Positions 1 to 7,865 of a stretch of 64,000 bases of DNA are shown piece by piece. The translations under genes were made by a program, and so were the position numbers. Location: positions 77,327 to 141,326 of the forward strand of contig CAZNPH010000001.1 of the NCBI GenBank assembly GCA_964574985.1, in the 5' to 3' direction. Origin of the DNA: an uncultured Bacteroidaceae bacterium (GTDB lineage Bacteria > Bacteroidota > Bacteroidia > Bacteroidales > SM23-62). Below the pieces are notes generated by a model. That model was given only the letters and a program-made list of their open reading frames with translations. It was not told the origin of the DNA and did no database searches. The stretch's first letter is position 1. Each line of letters opens with the position of its first letter.

Positions 1-815
1 GCCATGCGGTGCATGGAACGGATGTTCCGAAGCACCACGATGCGTGTGGTCAATTGTGGCTGGGTGACCGGTATCATGACAATGGCAATAAAGGAAGCGA
101 TCAAAAACTGGGCGGTGAACAATCCGCCGGGGCCCGGGACCGAAAGCAATTCTTCATTTACGGACTGCACTGCGGCGAACATGTTCCCGGGATTCCCGAA
201 ATACCGCACACAGGAAATGCCGATCAGCCAGATCACGATCAACAGGGTCAGACCCTGTATGGCATCGCTGTATACGATGGCCCTGAACCCTCCGATTTCC
301 GAATAAATCAGCATGATAATGACGATCACCGCCGCCCAACCCCAGGGAGGCAGGGCTCCCGGGAAAATCGCGTTGAAAAAAATGGAAATCCCCCTGATCT
401 GAATGGCGGCATAAGGTATCAGAAATATGAAAGCACTGGCAAAGAGCAGATATCCTGCCCAACGGTTCCGGAAAGCAGAAACCACGAGTCCGGCCACCCC
501 CTTGAACCCTTCCCTGGCTACTTTTTTCCGGATATGATACCCGAACCATACAACAAAAAAAGCCATGGCCCCGTCCGAGACCGCCAGGAATATCCAGGCA
601 CCCACTCCATGAACCCGGAACATGTCGGGCATGCCCATGAAAATGAATGCACTGAACAGCGCCGCCATAAATGTCAATACGCCAATGGCAGGCCCGATGT
701 TGAAACCGGCAAGCATATAATCATCCAGCGTCCTTTTCCGGGAATAAGACTTCATGGATGCAAAAACAAGCAATCCGGCATAAACAGCTCCGAGAACGAT
801 TATCCAGGTGATCAT
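1..815 (-). CDS. Sodium:solute symporter family (SSF) transporter, N-terminal part; the C-terminus lies beyond the left edge of the window
   Basis: This ORF is absent from the ORF track because it has no stop codon inside the window. My translation of the reverse strand from the ATG at 815 gives MITWIIVLGAVYAGLLVFASMKSYSRKRTLDDYMLAGFNIGPAIGVLTFMAALFSAFIFMGMPDMFRVHG... and stays open to position 1. It has the multi-TM hydrophobic pattern typical of SSF (PanF/PutP-like) symporters. Its start overlaps the stop of the upstream small membrane ORF (ATGA). Confidence 0.75.
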   Translation of the reverse strand, partial: MITWIIVLGAVYAGLLVFASMKSYSRKRTLDDYMLAGFNIGPAIGVLTFMAALFSAFIFMGMPDMFRVHGVGAWIFLAVSDGAMAFFVVWFGYHIRKKVAREGFKGVAGLVVSAFRNRWAGYLLFASAFIFLIPYAAIQIRGISIFFNAIFPGALPPWGWAAVIVIIMLIYSEIGGFRAIVYSDAIQGLTLLIVIWLIGISCVRYFGNPGNMFAAVQSVNEELLSVPGPGGLFTAQFLIASFIAIVMIPVTQPQLTTRIVVLRNIRSMHRM

Positions 816-1045
816 CGCTTATCCCCGCTTTCCTGTTTTGAACCGGGATGGACACGGGTGCCGATCCAGGTAAGGAGAACAAAAAGTACCGAAACCAGAA
901 AGCCCGTCCACAGGGTATATGGAAAGGAAAACAGGAAGGGGGCGGATTTCCCCGGTGGAATGACCAGTGGGGTGAATGTCGCCACTGACAACAAAACGGC
1001 CAGAACAATGCATATTGTCCAGGCAAGGGATCTGTGTGATTGCAT
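812..1045 (-). CDS. Small 2-TM membrane protein translationally coupled to the SSF symporter (symporter small-subunit type, DUF997/DUF4212-like)
   Basis: This is a 77-aa ORF with two hydrophobic helices (LAWTICIVLAVLLSVATF and LWTGFLVSVLFVLLTWIG). It has a 4-nt start/stop overlap with the symporter gene, which is the arrangement known for small subunits of SSF transporters. Confidence 0.6.
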   Translation of the reverse strand: MQSHRSLAWTICIVLAVLLSVATFTPLVIPPGKSAPFLFSFPYTLWTGFLVSVLFVLLTWIGTRVHPGSKQESGDKR

Positions 1046-1242
1046 TCGTAATAAATCTACGTTAACAATTTAATTTTTAGCATTTTATAATGATGATTCT
1101 AACATTAATCTCTTTTGTTGCCGGCCTCCCGCAGGCTGTCCGCATGCCGGGCCGGTGCCCCCCCGCCGGAACTGCAATTTGCAAATAAATCATCAATTCA
1201 GCAACCGGATCGTGCTGTTCAGCATTTGAATGCAACATTTAC

Positions 1243-1250
1243 TATATTTG
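1243..1250 (+). promoter_or_regulatory. Bacteroidota sigma-A -7 box (TAnnTTTG) upstream of dctQ
   Basis: TATATTTG matches TAnnTTTG exactly and lies 26 nt upstream of the ATG at 1277. A TTTG at 1225..1228 could be a -33 element, but the spacing is short. Confidence 0.4.
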
Positions 1251-1276
1251 TGGCCGCACCCTGCAGATCTTTCAAA

Positions 1277-1741
1277 ATGTCAGCACTCAAAAGATTCAAC
1301 CGGGGTACCGAGTCATTCCTTTTCTGGTCCACCTGGCTGTGCACCGGCATTTTCTTTATGATCATCCTCGTGTCGGTTATTGCCCGGTACCTGGTGAGAA
1401 GCTCGCTTCTGAATTCAGTTGAGCTGAGCCGCCTGTTCTTTGTCTGGGCATGTTTTCTGGCCGCTGCCTTGTGCTTCCGGCGAAAATCCCACATCGCCAT
1501 ACATTTTTTTGTGGAAAAAATGCCGGAAAGGATGCGCAGGATCACGGGGATCATTACCGGTTCCCTTATTCTTGTATTCCTGTCCGTTCTCTTGTTTCAT
1601 TCTGTCATTGTGGTATATGAACTCAGGTTCACATTATTCCCCCTGACCGGGATATCACAGTCCTGGCTTTACCTGCCCGTTCCCCTGATTTCATTCATCA
1701 TGTTTTTTTACTGTCTGGAAGAAATACTTAAAAAATGCTGA
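1277..1741 (+). CDS. dctQ: TRAP transporter small permease (DctQ family)
   Basis: ORF 1115..1741. From the internal ATG at 1277 it reads MSALKRFNRGTESFLFWSTWLCTGIFFMIILVSVIARYL..., four TM helices and about 154 aa, the typical DctQ size and pattern. The 54-aa extension upstream of that ATG is a GC-rich, non-membrane sequence and is unlikely to be coding. The stop overlaps the dctM start. Confidence 0.8.
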   Translation: MSALKRFNRGTESFLFWSTWLCTGIFFMIILVSVIARYLVRSSLLNSVELSRLFFVWACFLAAALCFRRKSHIAIHFFVEKMPERMRRITGIITGSLILVFLSVLLFHSVIVVYELRFTLFPLTGISQSWLYLPVPLISFIMFFYCLEEILKKC

Positions 1742-2765
1742 TCTGGCTTTTCATAGCATTCATCGTTCTGGCCTGCATGAGAATGCCCGTTGCATTTGCA
1801 CTCGGAACCGCCACCGTGTTTTTCATTGCGCTGACCACCGGCATTCCCTTGTCTTCCGTGCCTCACAAGATGGTGAACGGCATTGATTCATATGTGTTCC
1901 TGGCCATTCCGCTTTTTCTTTTCGCAGGCAGACTGATGAATGCCGGAGGGATCACCGACCGGATATTCGGCTTTGCCCGGGCACTCATAGGAAGCATACG
2001 CGGCGGCCTCGCCCAGGCCAATATCCTGGCCGGCATGTTCTTTTCCGCAATTTCGGGTTCGGCGGTTGCCGCTGTAGGCGGACTCGGTGAAATTGAAATG
2101 AAGGTGATGAAGCAAAATGGGTATGACGATGAGTTTGCAGCATCGGTGACCGTTGCCGCATCGGTTCTCGGACCGGTCATTCCGGACTTTTCACGCCCAC
2201 GGAGGCCGCAGTCGTTGCCGGCGCCTATGCATTGTTAATCAGCTTGTTAGTTTACAGGACCATTTCTCTGAAAGATCTCCCGGGCATTCTGGTGGAAACC
2301 ATGATCACGACCTCTGTGGTTACTTTTGTCATTTCAACCACATCTTCCTTCTCTTTCGTACTTTCCCTGAATGAAGCCGGCCAGCGGATCACAGAAATCA
2401 TGCTGGGGATCAGCGGGAATAAATTCCTGCTGCTGTTGCTGATCAACGTGCTGCTGCTGATCTTCGGTGCCCTCATGGAGGCAGGGGTGGTACTGATCCT
2501 GTTTATTCCCATCCTGTATCCCGCAGCAGTGAACCTGGGCATTGACCCGGTACACTTCGGCCTGATCATGACCGTTAATCTCATGATCGGGGTGGCCACC
2601 CCTCCCATTGGCATGTGCCTGTTCGTCATGAGCCAGATCAGCGGTATCCGGCTCGAGACCCTGATGAAAAGCATCCTGGTCTTTCTCATTCCTTTGATCG
2701 CAATATTATTTCTTATAACTTTCATACCCGAACTGGTCACATGGCTCCCTGACCTGTACGGATAA
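1735..2765 (+). pseudogene. dctM: TRAP transporter large permease (DctM family), disrupted by an internal deletion plus frameshift near 2183..2187
   Basis: ORFs 1735..2238 and 2232..2765 are the N- and C-terminal parts of one DctM. The first frame reads ...AASVLGPVIP and then degenerates (DFSRPRRPQSLPAPMHC*). A second frame resumes at about 2187 with LFTPTEAAVVAGAYALLISLLVY. The two pieces sum to about 345 aa, against about 420-440 aa for intact DctM. Confidence 0.75.
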
Positions 2766-2779
2766 ACATCGACCGTCCG

Positions 2780-3796
2780 ATGGACCATACTGCCAAACAT
2801 GCTTTCACTATTTTCCGGATATTTGCCTGTCTGGTCCTGCTGCTTGCATGGTCTTGCACACCGGGACGCAGAAAACCTGATCAGGACCGGAAGATCATTA
2901 CCGCCGCCACCACCCATGGAGAAACCCATTCTTTCAACCAGGCACTTGATATCTTCGGGGATGAACTCAAAAAATTGACAAATGGCCGGATAGTGCTCAG
3001 GATTTACCACAGCTCACAGCTTGGCGGTGAAAAAGAGCTTCAGGAAATGCTCACCCCGGGCAGCCTGGATATGACCGTATCAGGTGTGGTCAACACCTAC
3101 GAACCCCTATTTGCCCTTTTTGAGATGCCATATCTCTACCGGGACAGGAACCATGTCCTGGAAGTATTCAGCAGCGGGATCATAAAGGAAGTGGCGGGCT
3201 CGCTTGAGAAAAACGGAATTCACCTGGCCGGTATATACGAAAACGGTTTCCGGAACATCACCAACTCTGTACGACCCGTTGAACATCCCGCGGACCTGCA
3301 GGGTATGCTGATCAGAACACCTGAAAACCCCGCGCAGATTGAAACCATAATATCCTTCGGGGCCATTCCCACCCCCATGAGCTTCTCAGAGCTTTATAAT
3401 GCATTGATCCAGGGAGTGGTGGACGGACAGGAGAATCCCCTGCAGAACATATGGTACGGGAGACTGTACGAATCCCAGAAATACCTGGCCATGACCCGGC
3501 ATATATACAATGCCGCCTATATTCTGGTCAGCAGAAAAACATGGGAAAATATTTCGCCCGAAGACCAGGCAATATTTACAAAATGCATTGACCGGTCAAC
3601 GCAATGGCAACTCAGGCATATGCAAAACCTGGACAGGGAGCTTGAGGAAAAGATCCGGGATTACGGGGTGGAGATCACATACCCCGACAGGCAGGAATTT
3701 GCAGAAGTCAGCAAAACCGCATATACGGCACTTTACCATAAATTCGGGGCTGAGGCAAAGGAAATCGTCAGGAAAATCAGGTCTGCGGGCCAATAA
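2780..3796 (+). CDS. dctP: TRAP transporter substrate-binding protein (DctP family), lipoprotein-type signal
   Basis: 338 aa with an N-terminal signal and lipobox-like LLAWSC. The body has DctP-like composition (...GGEKELQEMLTPGSLDM..., ...YENGFRNITN...). It follows dctQ and dctM directly. Confidence 0.8.
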   Translation: MDHTAKHAFTIFRIFACLVLLLAWSCTPGRRKPDQDRKIITAATTHGETHSFNQALDIFGDELKKLTNGRIVLRIYHSSQLGGEKELQEMLTPGSLDMTVSGVVNTYEPLFALFEMPYLYRDRNHVLEVFSSGIIKEVAGSLEKNGIHLAGIYENGFRNITNSVRPVEHPADLQGMLIRTPENPAQIETIISFGAIPTPMSFSELYNALIQGVVDGQENPLQNIWYGRLYESQKYLAMTRHIYNAAYILVSRKTWENISPEDQAIFTKCIDRSTQWQLRHMQNLDRELEEKIRDYGVEITYPDRQEFAEVSKTAYTALYHKFGAEAKEIVRKIRSAGQ

Positions 3797-3805
3797 ATAA
3801 TCCAT

Positions 3806-4822
3806 ATGGAAAAAAATGCCCTCGGGAGCATCCGGAAAAAGATGGAATTCCTTGAAAAACATGAAGACCGGCTGGTCATTGATGCGGACACACACATTTC
3901 ACCGCCTGGGGTAAATGAACGATTGAATAAAAGCCATGCCGGATTTCTTCCCGGTTACTATCACGGCAAACCGGTGACCGCCGGACAACTGCTGGAAGAA
4001 ATGAAGGCCAGCGGTGTGGACATGTGCCTGGTATGGCAGAATCCTTCGGTAGTCCGGTATAAAGACGGCGACCAAAACCACAATTACGATCAGTTGCTGA
4101 AGGCAAACCGGTACATTCATGAATCATCGTTTCAACATGAAACCCGTTTCATACCGGCCGGATGGACAGACCCCAGGGCACTGGGCGTTGACCGTGCAAT
4201 TGAGCTCGCCCTGCACTGCATTCGTACCTTCGGCTTCCCCATGGTTAAGATGAATCCGGCCCAGAACGCCTTCATGATAGACCATGAGGATGTTCTCCGG
4301 GTGGTGGATGCAATCGTATCCGCAGGAGCGGTCCCGGCTTTTCATTATGGCTCGGATACAATGTACACTCCTGCGCACGGACTGGAGAAGATCGCGGCCA
4401 GGTATCCGGAAAGTCCCGTCATAGCGGTTCATATGGGAGGAGGGGGAGCCAGTTACACGGAAGCGGAGAATCAATATCATGAAAGCCGGTTGCTCGGACT
4501 CAAACATGCGAACCTGAAATTTGTCCTGAGTTCAAAACGCGATACACATATGGAAAGTGACCTGGTCAGCTATGAAATGGCCGGGGAACCGTTCAGAAGG
4601 AACCTATTCTGCGCGAGCGATGCCCCGTACGGGAACATGTCCTGGAATTTCGGGGGATTCAGGGCCATGCTACAAGCCCTGAAATCAGGCCATTCATGTC
4701 ATGACGAGCGATTGAAAAAGAATCCCGGATTGTTCAGCGATGAAAGCATCCGGAACTACCTCGGCAGCAATTTCGCCCGTTTGGCCAGTGAGGCGTATGA
4801 CCGCATGCTTGCTAATGTTTAG
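3806..4822 (+). CDS. Amidohydrolase-2 family metal-dependent hydrolase (PF04909-like)
   Basis: 338 aa. It has an N-terminal VIDADTHISPP (metal-binding HxH-type motif), a later AVHMGGGG, and a C-terminal ...FCASDAPYG (Asp ligand region). It starts 9 nt after dctP. Confidence 0.6.
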   Translation: MEKNALGSIRKKMEFLEKHEDRLVIDADTHISPPGVNERLNKSHAGFLPGYYHGKPVTAGQLLEEMKASGVDMCLVWQNPSVVRYKDGDQNHNYDQLLKANRYIHESSFQHETRFIPAGWTDPRALGVDRAIELALHCIRTFGFPMVKMNPAQNAFMIDHEDVLRVVDAIVSAGAVPAFHYGSDTMYTPAHGLEKIAARYPESPVIAVHMGGGGASYTEAENQYHESRLLGLKHANLKFVLSSKRDTHMESDLVSYEMAGEPFRRNLFCASDAPYGNMSWNFGGFRAMLQALKSGHSCHDERLKKNPGLFSDESIRNYLGSNFARLASEAYDRMLANV

Positions 4823-4845
4823 TCATCTTAATAATACAAAAGACA

Positions 4846-6318
4846 ATGAGAAAAACGCTTTTCATTCTTGTTTTGTGCTTCCTTGTACCGGAAGCCACGA
4901 TGCCACAGGCACTTGATTTTACAGCCGTCCGGGCTGAAGTGGATTTTTCCGATCCCCTCAGGGACTGGGACGGATTCGGCTTCAATTATGTGGAGACATG
5001 CCAGTCAAGAGACTATGATGAATATCCCCAGGATTACGGCGGATTCAGCATCCTTCCCGAAGAAAGCAAGCAGGAGATCATCCGGCTGGTATTCGGGGAA
5101 AAGGGTTTGAAAGTGGGGATCGTGAAAATATTCCTGGATCCTTTTCATCAGGAAAGTCCGGGAGGTCCTTTCAACCATGAAAGGACCACGGCCAACATGC
5201 GTGAATTTGTGCGTCGCGGACTCAAAACCAGCCGGGAAAGAGGGGGTGATCTCAGCATCATCACCACCCTGTATGGCCCGCCCGCATATACAACACGCCA
5301 GAAGGTATTCCGGGGACGGGACCTTGACCCGGCGCACAAGAAAGACCTGGCCATGTATTTGATCGACTGGCTGAAATTCCTCACCGAAGAGAAAAGATTC
5401 CCGGTGAAATACATTTCGCTACACAATGAGGGTGAGGACTGGTCGGGATGGAACCGGGAAGGGCTCACCACATGGAAGGGACATGACTACAACATGTTCT
5501 GGCCCCCGGAACAGGTCGCCGAATTCCTCAGGATCATGCCCCCCATGCTGAAAGCAGCCGGACTGGCACATATCGGGTTGACCAACGGGGAACCCAGTAA
5601 CTGGTACAGATTCAGTACCTGGGGCATATCGGATGTCATAGCCGGGGATGAGATCGCGCGCAACAATCTGGCCCTGATCACCTCCCATGGTTTCTACGGG
5701 GGGAGTTACGGAACCTGGTTCGGAGAACATAAAAGTGCGGGCATCGACCGGCTCAGGCAGTACAGGCCGGAATTACACGCATGGGTGACATCAACCAGCT
5801 GGAGCGGGATGGATGCACGGTTCATCAAGGAAATGCACGGAAACATATACACAGCCAAGGTCAACGCGATCACCCCCTGGGCAGGCATTCAGCGACCTCC
5901 CCTCTGGGCCGGCGGGGATCCCAATCCCGGATCGGCATTTACTGTCTTTGAAGACGGCAGTTACAAGGTGCGCAGGGGCTATTATTTCTATAAACAGATC
6001 AGCCGGGCAGGCCAGCCCGGGATGGAAGTGGTCAGAACCTGGGCCATGAACAGCAACATTGCATTGATCGGTTTCGGATCGAACCAGACCGGCCACCCGG
6101 ATGCCCTGGTGGTGATCAACATCACGGATAAACCCATGAAAGTCTGCATAAACATTACCGGCACGGAATACAGGAGTTTTGAAGCGTTCCGCACCACAGA
6201 AGATGAACAGGACCTTTACGCACCTGCCGGTATCCACAAACTGGACAAGGGCCGGCTGGTCTATGAAGCTCCCGCGGGTTCGGTGAGTACTTTCTTTGCC
6301 AGGTCAGGGAATCAATGA
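4846..6318 (+). CDS. Secreted glycoside-hydrolase-like protein (GH30-like TIM barrel plus C-terminal beta-sandwich), specificity unknown
   Basis: 490 aa with a signal peptide (MRKTLFILVLCFLVPEA). It contains WDGFGFNYVE near the N-terminus and ISLHNEGEDW (a candidate acid/base NE motif). The C-terminal beta-rich region ends in ...PAGSVSTFF, as in GH30-type folds. The family assignment is by eye only. Confidence 0.45.
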   Translation: MRKTLFILVLCFLVPEATMPQALDFTAVRAEVDFSDPLRDWDGFGFNYVETCQSRDYDEYPQDYGGFSILPEESKQEIIRLVFGEKGLKVGIVKIFLDPFHQESPGGPFNHERTTANMREFVRRGLKTSRERGGDLSIITTLYGPPAYTTRQKVFRGRDLDPAHKKDLAMYLIDWLKFLTEEKRFPVKYISLHNEGEDWSGWNREGLTTWKGHDYNMFWPPEQVAEFLRIMPPMLKAAGLAHIGLTNGEPSNWYRFSTWGISDVIAGDEIARNNLALITSHGFYGGSYGTWFGEHKSAGIDRLRQYRPELHAWVTSTSWSGMDARFIKEMHGNIYTAKVNAITPWAGIQRPPLWAGGDPNPGSAFTVFEDGSYKVRRGYYFYKQISRAGQPGMEVVRTWAMNSNIALIGFGSNQTGHPDALVVINITDKPMKVCINITGTEYRSFEAFRTTEDEQDLYAPAGIHKLDKGRLVYEAPAGSVSTFFARSGNQ

Positions 6319-6336
6319 TACGCCCCTCGAAAAGGA

Positions 6337-7755
6337 TCATTTTTCTTTCATCTCTTCTTCGGCAATCAGGTTTTTGATCCTTTCGATCTGCTTCTGCTTG
6401 TTTACTTCCCGGAGGCTTCTGGCAGTTTCCGTAAAATACTGATGGCCCGAAATAAATTTCAGCTGAAGTTTATTCCAGTCGTTAAAACTGCCGATCTTGT
6501 CCTGTGCAGCCAGTTCCTTGTACAGGGTATTGGAAACCGGGATCATGTCGCTGCGCCCCAGGTAATCGAGATCGGAATCACAAATGATCTTCTGCAAAAG
6601 ATCCTTTGGCCGGGGTGGCATTTTGGTGGCCATGATGATCTCGCGTATCCTGTCAATCTGTTCACCGGTATAATCATACGCGGGAAGGAATTCACTTGCC
6701 ATCCGGCACCCCTGTTCCTCATGATTGTCATAGGAAACGGTATGTCCCGCATCGTGAAAAAGTCCGGCTGTTTTCAGCAGGAGGATTTCTTCATCCGAAC
6801 ATCCTTCGGCCCACCCGATCAATTCCACTTCGGTCACCACATCCACGGTATGCTTCACATTATGGTAGTACAGGTATGACGGAAGCTCTTTTTCAAGCTT
6901 ATCCAGGATGATCTCCTGAATATCCGTGAACTGGATCAGTTTGAATTTGGTGTCAAAAAGGCTGTTGGGAAGAAGGCCCCTGCCATCCCGGGAGAATTCC
7001 TTTCTTAATCCCTTGACCACAAACATCTCCAGATCTCCCTTGTATTTAACCGGAAGCTTGCCGTAATATTCGCACATGAAAAACTCTTTCACCAGCTCGT
7101 AGGTCATGACCGATAACAGGATCCGCCCCTGCTCTCCGGATGCTTCCATCCGGGTGGCAATATTCACCGTATCCCCCTTGATATCATAGGAAATTTTTCT
7201 TTGCCCCGCCTGATTGGCGGTCACGGGGCCGGTATGGATACCAAGCCGCATGTCCCAGATTTTCTGGGCCTTTTTGCCTTCTTTTTTCAGATGGCTCAGA
7301 TATTGTTGCATCTCCAGGGCAGCGAGGACGACCTGTACCGGATTGGTAATGTTCTTTTCCGGTATTCCTCCTGCACACATGTAAGAATCCCCTATTGTCT
7401 TTATTTTATGTATGTTGTATTTCTTCAGGAGGTCATTGAAACAGATCAGTATCTGGTCCAGTTCATCCATCGCCGTCTCAGAATCGATTCCTTCTGATAT
7501 CCTTGAAAAACCAAGGAAATTGGCATAAAGTACTGTGACCATCTTGAATTTCAGGGTCCGCGTTTTTTCAACCGCCTCCCTGAGATCAACCTCTCCCCTG
7601 GTTTTCAGCCCGTCAACAATTTGCTTGTACTTTTCATACTTGTTATGCAGTTTTTCATTTTCTTTGGTCAGCTTTTCGTTTTGCCCGATCAATTCCTGAT
7701 TCTGGTGAACAAGTTTCTGGATCCTTTTCAGCAATTTATCATTCTGATGTGTCAT
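6337..7755 (-). CDS. Coiled-coil / class III adenylate-guanylate cyclase domain / HD-domain phosphohydrolase fusion protein
   Basis: 472 aa. The N-terminus has heptad-rich sequence (KLLKRIQKLVHQNQELIGQNEKLTKENEKLHNKYEKYKQ). Cyclase motifs are VTVLYANFLGFS, IKTIGDSYMCAGG, RLGIHTGPV, YDIKGDTVNIATRMEASG. HD motifs are YHNVKH, GLFHDAGH, DSDLDYLGR. Confidence 0.85.
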   Translation of the reverse strand: MTHQNDKLLKRIQKLVHQNQELIGQNEKLTKENEKLHNKYEKYKQIVDGLKTRGEVDLREAVEKTRTLKFKMVTVLYANFLGFSRISEGIDSETAMDELDQILICFNDLLKKYNIHKIKTIGDSYMCAGGIPEKNITNPVQVVLAALEMQQYLSHLKKEGKKAQKIWDMRLGIHTGPVTANQAGQRKISYDIKGDTVNIATRMEASGEQGRILLSVMTYELVKEFFMCEYYGKLPVKYKGDLEMFVVKGLRKEFSRDGRGLLPNSLFDTKFKLIQFTDIQEIILDKLEKELPSYLYYHNVKHTVDVVTEVELIGWAEGCSDEEILLLKTAGLFHDAGHTVSYDNHEEQGCRMASEFLPAYDYTGEQIDRIREIIMATKMPPRPKDLLQKIICDSDLDYLGRSDMIPVSNTLYKELAAQDKIGSFNDWNKLQLKFISGHQYFTETARSLREVNKQKQIERIKNLIAEEEMKEK

Positions 7756-7832
7756 GGGATATCTCGCTTTGAAAGCCGTGAATTAAAGATAAGCAATTAT
7801 CCCAAAGTCTGAAAAATTTGAATCCGATTTGC

Positions 7833-7840
7833 TAACTTTG
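7833..7840 (+). promoter_or_regulatory. Bacteroidota -7 box (TAnnTTTG) upstream of the EEP nuclease gene
   Basis: TAACTTTG lies 25 nt upstream of the ATG at 7866. Confidence 0.4.
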
Positions 7841-7865
7841 AGGTTCCCTGAAAAAGATCCCGGCC

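Noticed and set aside
9-1073. 354-aa plus-strand ORF spanning the left end of the window
   Set aside because: Its sequence is charged and low-complexity with no recognisable motif. It lies antisense to a clean SSF symporter / small-subunit pair whose translation is a convincing multi-TM protein. It is a typical shadow ORF.
1115-1276. 54-codon N-terminal extension of dctQ in the ORF track
   Set aside because: The extension (MLPASRRLSACRAGAPPPELQ...) covers the GC-rich island and an exact -7 promoter box. The DctQ-like membrane sequence starts only at the ATG at 1277.
2252-3010. 252-aa minus-strand ORF antisense to dctM and dctP
   Set aside because: It has no motifs and lies antisense to two well-supported TRAP genes, so it is a shadow ORF.
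4846-6318. Possible loss of the catalytic nucleophile in the GH30-like protein (AWVTSTSW where a T-E might be expected)
   Set aside because: I cannot align the beta-7 nucleophile position reliably by eye, and the family assignment itself is tentative. A profile alignment is needed before making any claim.
6337-7755. Cyclase as part of a Pycsar/CBASS-like anti-phage signalling system
   Set aside because: There is no adjacent effector gene with a cNMP-binding, TIR, TM or nuclease domain. The neighbours are a convergent glycosidase-like gene and a divergent secreted nuclease with its own promoter. The specificity residues look adenine-type (Lys/Asp). There is no mobile or defence-island context.
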